From Nemertoderma westbladi (Eukaryota; Animalia; Xenacoelomorpha), in NCBI GenBank assembly GCA_032718475.1, contig JAUCBJ010000295.1:1-64000 (forward strand): a DNA stretch of 64,000 bases. Direction: 5' to 3'. The notes under the pieces were generated by a model. It was not told the DNA's origin. It did no database searches and was given only the letters and a program-made list of their open reading frames with translations. Shown piece after piece: positions 60,200 through 64,000 of this stretch (positions are counted from its first letter, which is position 1; each line of letters begins with the position of its first letter). Both the position numbers and the translations under genes were made by a program.

Positions 60200-62628
60200 A
60201 TAGAAGAGAACCTACGTATCTACAGTACAGTAGGTCCATCCATTTGGCAAACACTTAGACAGATAACTTCAACCCAGGTAGAAGATAACCTACGTATCTA
60301 CAGTACAGTAGGTCCATCCATTGGGCAAACACTTAGACAGATAACGTCAACCCAGGTAGAAGATAACCTACGTATCTACAGTACAGTAGGTCCATCCATT
60401 GTGCAAACACTTAGACAGATAACTTCGACCGGGTAGAAGATAACCTACGTATCTACAGTACAGTAGGTCCATCCATTGGGCAAACACTTAGACAGATAAC
60501 TTCAACCCGGGTAGAAGATAACCTACGTATCTACAGTACAGTAGGTCCATCCATTTGGCAAACACTTAGACAGATAACTTCAACCCAGGTAGAAGATAAC
60601 CTACGTATCTACAGTACAGTAGGTCCATCCATTGGGCAAACACTTAGACAGATAACTTCAACCCAGGTAGAAGATAACCTACGTATCTACAGTACAGTAG
60701 GTCCATCCATTGTGCAAACACTTAGACAGATAACTTCAACCCAGGTAGAAGATAACCTACGTATCTACAGTACAGTAGGTCCATCCATTGGGCAAACACT
60801 TAGACAGATAACTTCAACCCAGGTAGAAGATAACCTACGTATCTACAGTACAGTAGGTCCATCCATTGTGCAAACACTTAGACAGATAACTTCAACCCAG
60901 GTAGAAGATAACCTACGTATCTACAGTACAGTAGGTCCATCCATTGTGCAAACACTTAGACAGATAACTTCAACCCAGGTAGAAGATACCCTACGTATCT
61001 ACAGTACAGTAGGTCCATCCATTGTGCAAACACTTAGACAGATAACTTCAACCCAGGTAGAAGATAACCTACGTATCTACAGTACAGTAGGTCCATCCAT
61101 TGGGCAAACACTTAGACAGATAACTTCAACCCAGGTAGAAGATAACCAACGTATCTACAGTACAGTAGGTCCATCCATTGTGCAAACACTTAGACAGATA
61201 ACTTCAACCCAGGTAGAAGATAACCTACGTATCTACAGTACAGTAGGTCCATCCATTGGGCAAACACTTAGACAGATAACTTCAACTCAGGTAGAAGATA
61301 ACCTACGTATCTACAGTACAGTAGGTCCATCCATTGGGCAAACACTTAGACAGATAACTTCAACCCAGGTAGAAGATAACCAACGTATCTACAGTACAGT
61401 AGGTCCATCCATTGTGCAAACACTTAGACAGATAACTTCAACCCAGGTAGAAGATAACCTACGTATCTACAGTACAGTAGATCCATGCATTGGGCAAACA
61501 CTTAGACAGATAACTTCAACCCAGGTAGAAGATAACCTACGTATCTACAGTACAGTAGGTCCATCCATTGGGCAAACACTTAGACAGATAACTTCAACCC
61601 AGGTAGAAGATACCCTACGTATCTACAGTACAGTAGGTCCATCCATTGTGCAAACACTTAGACAGATAACTTCAACCCAGGTAGAAGATAACCTACGTAT
61701 CTACAGTACAGTAGATCCATGCATTGGGCAAACACTTAGACAGATAACTTCAACCCAGGTAGAAGATAACCTACGTATCTACAGTACAGTAGGTCCATCC
61801 ATTGGGCAAACACTTAGACAGATAACTTCAACCCAGGTAGAAGATAACCTACGTATCTACAGTACAGTAGGTCCATCCATTGGGCAAACACTTAGACAGA
61901 TAACTTCAACCCAGGTAGAAGATAACCAACGTATCTACAGTACAGTAGGTCCATCCATTGTGCAAACACTTAGACAGATAACTTCAACCCAGGTAGAAGA
62001 TAACCTACGTATCTACAGTACAGTAGGTCCATCCATTGGGCAAACACTTAGACAGATAACTTCAACTCAGGTAGAAGATAACCTACGTATCTACAGTACA
62101 GTAGGTCCATCCATTGGGCAAACACTTAGACAGATAACTTCAACCCAGGTAGAAGATAACCAACGTATCTACAGTACAGTAGGTCCATCCATTGTGCAAA
62201 CACTTAGACAGATAATTTCAACCCAGGTAGAAGATAACCTACGTATCTACAGTACAGTAGGTCCATCCATTGGGCAAACACTTAGACAGATAACTTCAAC
62301 CCGGGTAGAAGATACCCTACGTATCTACAGTACAGTAGGTCCATCCATTGTGCAAACACTTAGACAGATAACTTCAACCCAGGTAGAAGATAACCTACGT
62401 ATCTACAGTACAGTAGGTCCATCCATTGTGCAAACACTTAGACAGATAACTTCAACCCAGGTAGAAGATAACCTACGTATCTACAGTACAGTAGGTCCAT
62501 ACATTTGGCAAACACTTAGACAGATAACTTCAACCCAGGTAGAAGATAACCTACGTATCTACAGTACAGTAGATCCATGCATTGGGCAAACACTTAGACA
62601 GATAACTTCAACCCAGGTAGAAGATACA
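60200..62628. repeat. 78-bp satellite (~31 copies)
   Basis: Highly homogeneous unit CAAACACTTAGACAGATAACTTCAACCCAGGTAGAAGATAACCTACGTATCTACAGTACAGTAGGTCCATCCATTG(G/T)G. Confidence 0.97.
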
Positions 62629-63207
62629 TTTATTTATACAATGTAAAAACAATAACAAATAAAAACAATGTATATAGGTATATTGTCCAAAATAACATTT
62701 AGGATTACCCCTAAAGCTTTCCAGCTTGGTGTTTGCAGCTTTGCAGGTGGTATAGTATTACTGATCCTTATTCATGAGGTATTTTACAAATAAATAAACG
62801 CTTCTAAATGTATACAAAATTTGAAAAAGCCCAGTTCCACAACAAGTGCTATATTTTTTGAACAAAAGGGTTTACGATAAGCTATCCATACTCAGTTTTC
62901 ATAATAAAAGATCATAGATAATTGCGTTAAAATTGCATTGAGGCGGCGGCATCTTTGTTTCTCTAAGGAAGGCTTACCACCGGTATGCATTAATAATATT
63001 ATATTTCTGCTTATCTCTTATGATGTAATTTAGTTACTGAATGCAAACCGAACGTTAATGAAGCGTTTATATGAAGGCAAACCATAGGTTTTATGCAATT
63101 ATTACAGGAGGCCTGCCTACATTGTTAATTAAAGTTCTTTCACTGCACAATTGTATTACAAATAAATTATAAACATAACTATATCTGAAGTTAAACAAAC
63201 AAGAATA

Positions 63208-63519
63208 ATGGGAGCGAATACTATATATTGTTATATAATATTTAGTATCATTTACTTCTGCATATCCTGTGTATCCGCCGGGAGTAAGGAGGAAGCTATT
63301 GGAGTCTTTGCATATCAGAATATACCGGAAGTAAGGGATGCCGTTGATGAACAGGCGGAAACCCAAGCGTCTTTGTTGACAATGGGGCTCGGCCTTGGTT
63401 TGGGAGGGATAGTCTTTATCATACTCGTTAGCATTCTCTGCTGCTTCTGCTGTGGTTGCTGTTGTTGGGCAGGACGCAGAGGAGGAGTCACTCAAACTGT
63501 TCAAGTAGTTCAAAGTTAG
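63208..63519 (+). CDS. Small single-pass membrane protein with signal peptide and juxtamembrane Cys cluster (may be one exon)
   Basis: Hydrophobic N-terminus ending VSA, short acidic ectodomain, TM GLGLGLGGIVFIILVSIL, then CCFCCGCCCW and RR. Confidence 0.6.
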   Translation: MGANTIYCYIIFSIIYFCISCVSAGSKEEAIGVFAYQNIPEVRDAVDEQAETQASLLTMGLGLGLGGIVFIILVSILCCFCCGCCCWAGRRGGVTQTVQVVQS

Positions 63520-63790
63520 TATTCCTTGTTACCTGATCTTGTTTAAGCGTACAATTACGTACGCAGCTGCAGGTAGGAACGCAACCATTGCATCAGACCA
63601 GCAGACGCGCTCAATAATGGTTCGAAATAGCTTAGACTAACTGGCTAACGGATAGAATATTAGAATATCTGGGATCAAATTTACTGAGTATTTTGTTAAA
63701 GTTTTTATCGAATCGATTATAATTTTTATAAATGGATTTTGCAAATTCATCATTGAGCTATAATTTACCTATTTATATCTATTTACCTAT

Positions 63791-64000
63791 TGTTCGCGCT
63801 TTCAGACCTTTGGCAGTTTAACCCGCCAAATTAAGATGTCTTCTAGATATTAAATCGCTTTTTAGCCTATGACAAGTATTTGATTCACTACACTAGTCGA
63901 AACCAATCCGTGCGCGACCATTCACCCGCTGGATATTCCCGGGAGATTGGGTTCGACGGTTTAATTTTATTGCTATGTAAGCTTAATGTATTATTCGACT
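63791..64000 (-). mobile_element. Diverged LTR related to the element 2 LTR, cut by the window edge
   Basis: TGTTCGCGCTTT..GACCTTTGGCAGTTTAACC and CCATTCACCCGCTGGATATTCCCGGGAGA match the start of 47124/58095. Confidence 0.8.

Noticed and set aside
60712-62646. 644-aa repetitive ORF
   Set aside because: Translation of a 78-bp satellite with a GTG start, no unique domain and a frame-breaking deletion earlier in the array

Overview
Repeat-rich eukaryotic (animal-like) genomic DNA. Host genes: three uninterrupted housekeeping ORFs (APIP/MtnB, KRR1, ATP synthase subunit b), a small Cys-rich membrane protein ORF and two identical tRNA-Met(CAT) genes, each trailing a block of a 21/26-bp satellite. 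About 26 kb is taken up by two large minus-strand Bel/Pao LTR retrotransposons. Element 1 (27028-41176) is full length with a 5-bp TSD. Element 2 (47124-59295) keeps gag-protease but lacks RT and integrase. They share two unusual traits. First, both carry an accessory ORF 3' of pol with a homologous triple CCHC zinc-knuckle module, fused in element 1 to a DEDD-type 3'-5' exonuclease. Second, neither has a tRNA-type (TGG) primer-binding site; the bases at that position are complementary to a site inside their own LTR, as in self-priming Tf1. The window also holds a ~366-bp tandem repeat with type I hammerhead ribozymes and Pol III boxes (retrozyme-like), a separate hammerhead motif, hAT-like and Mutator-like DNA transposons with 8-bp TSDs, MITE-like inverted repeats, LINE and Gypsy relics, several satellites and apparent TA-site excision footprints. 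All calls were made by eye from motifs; no database searches were run.
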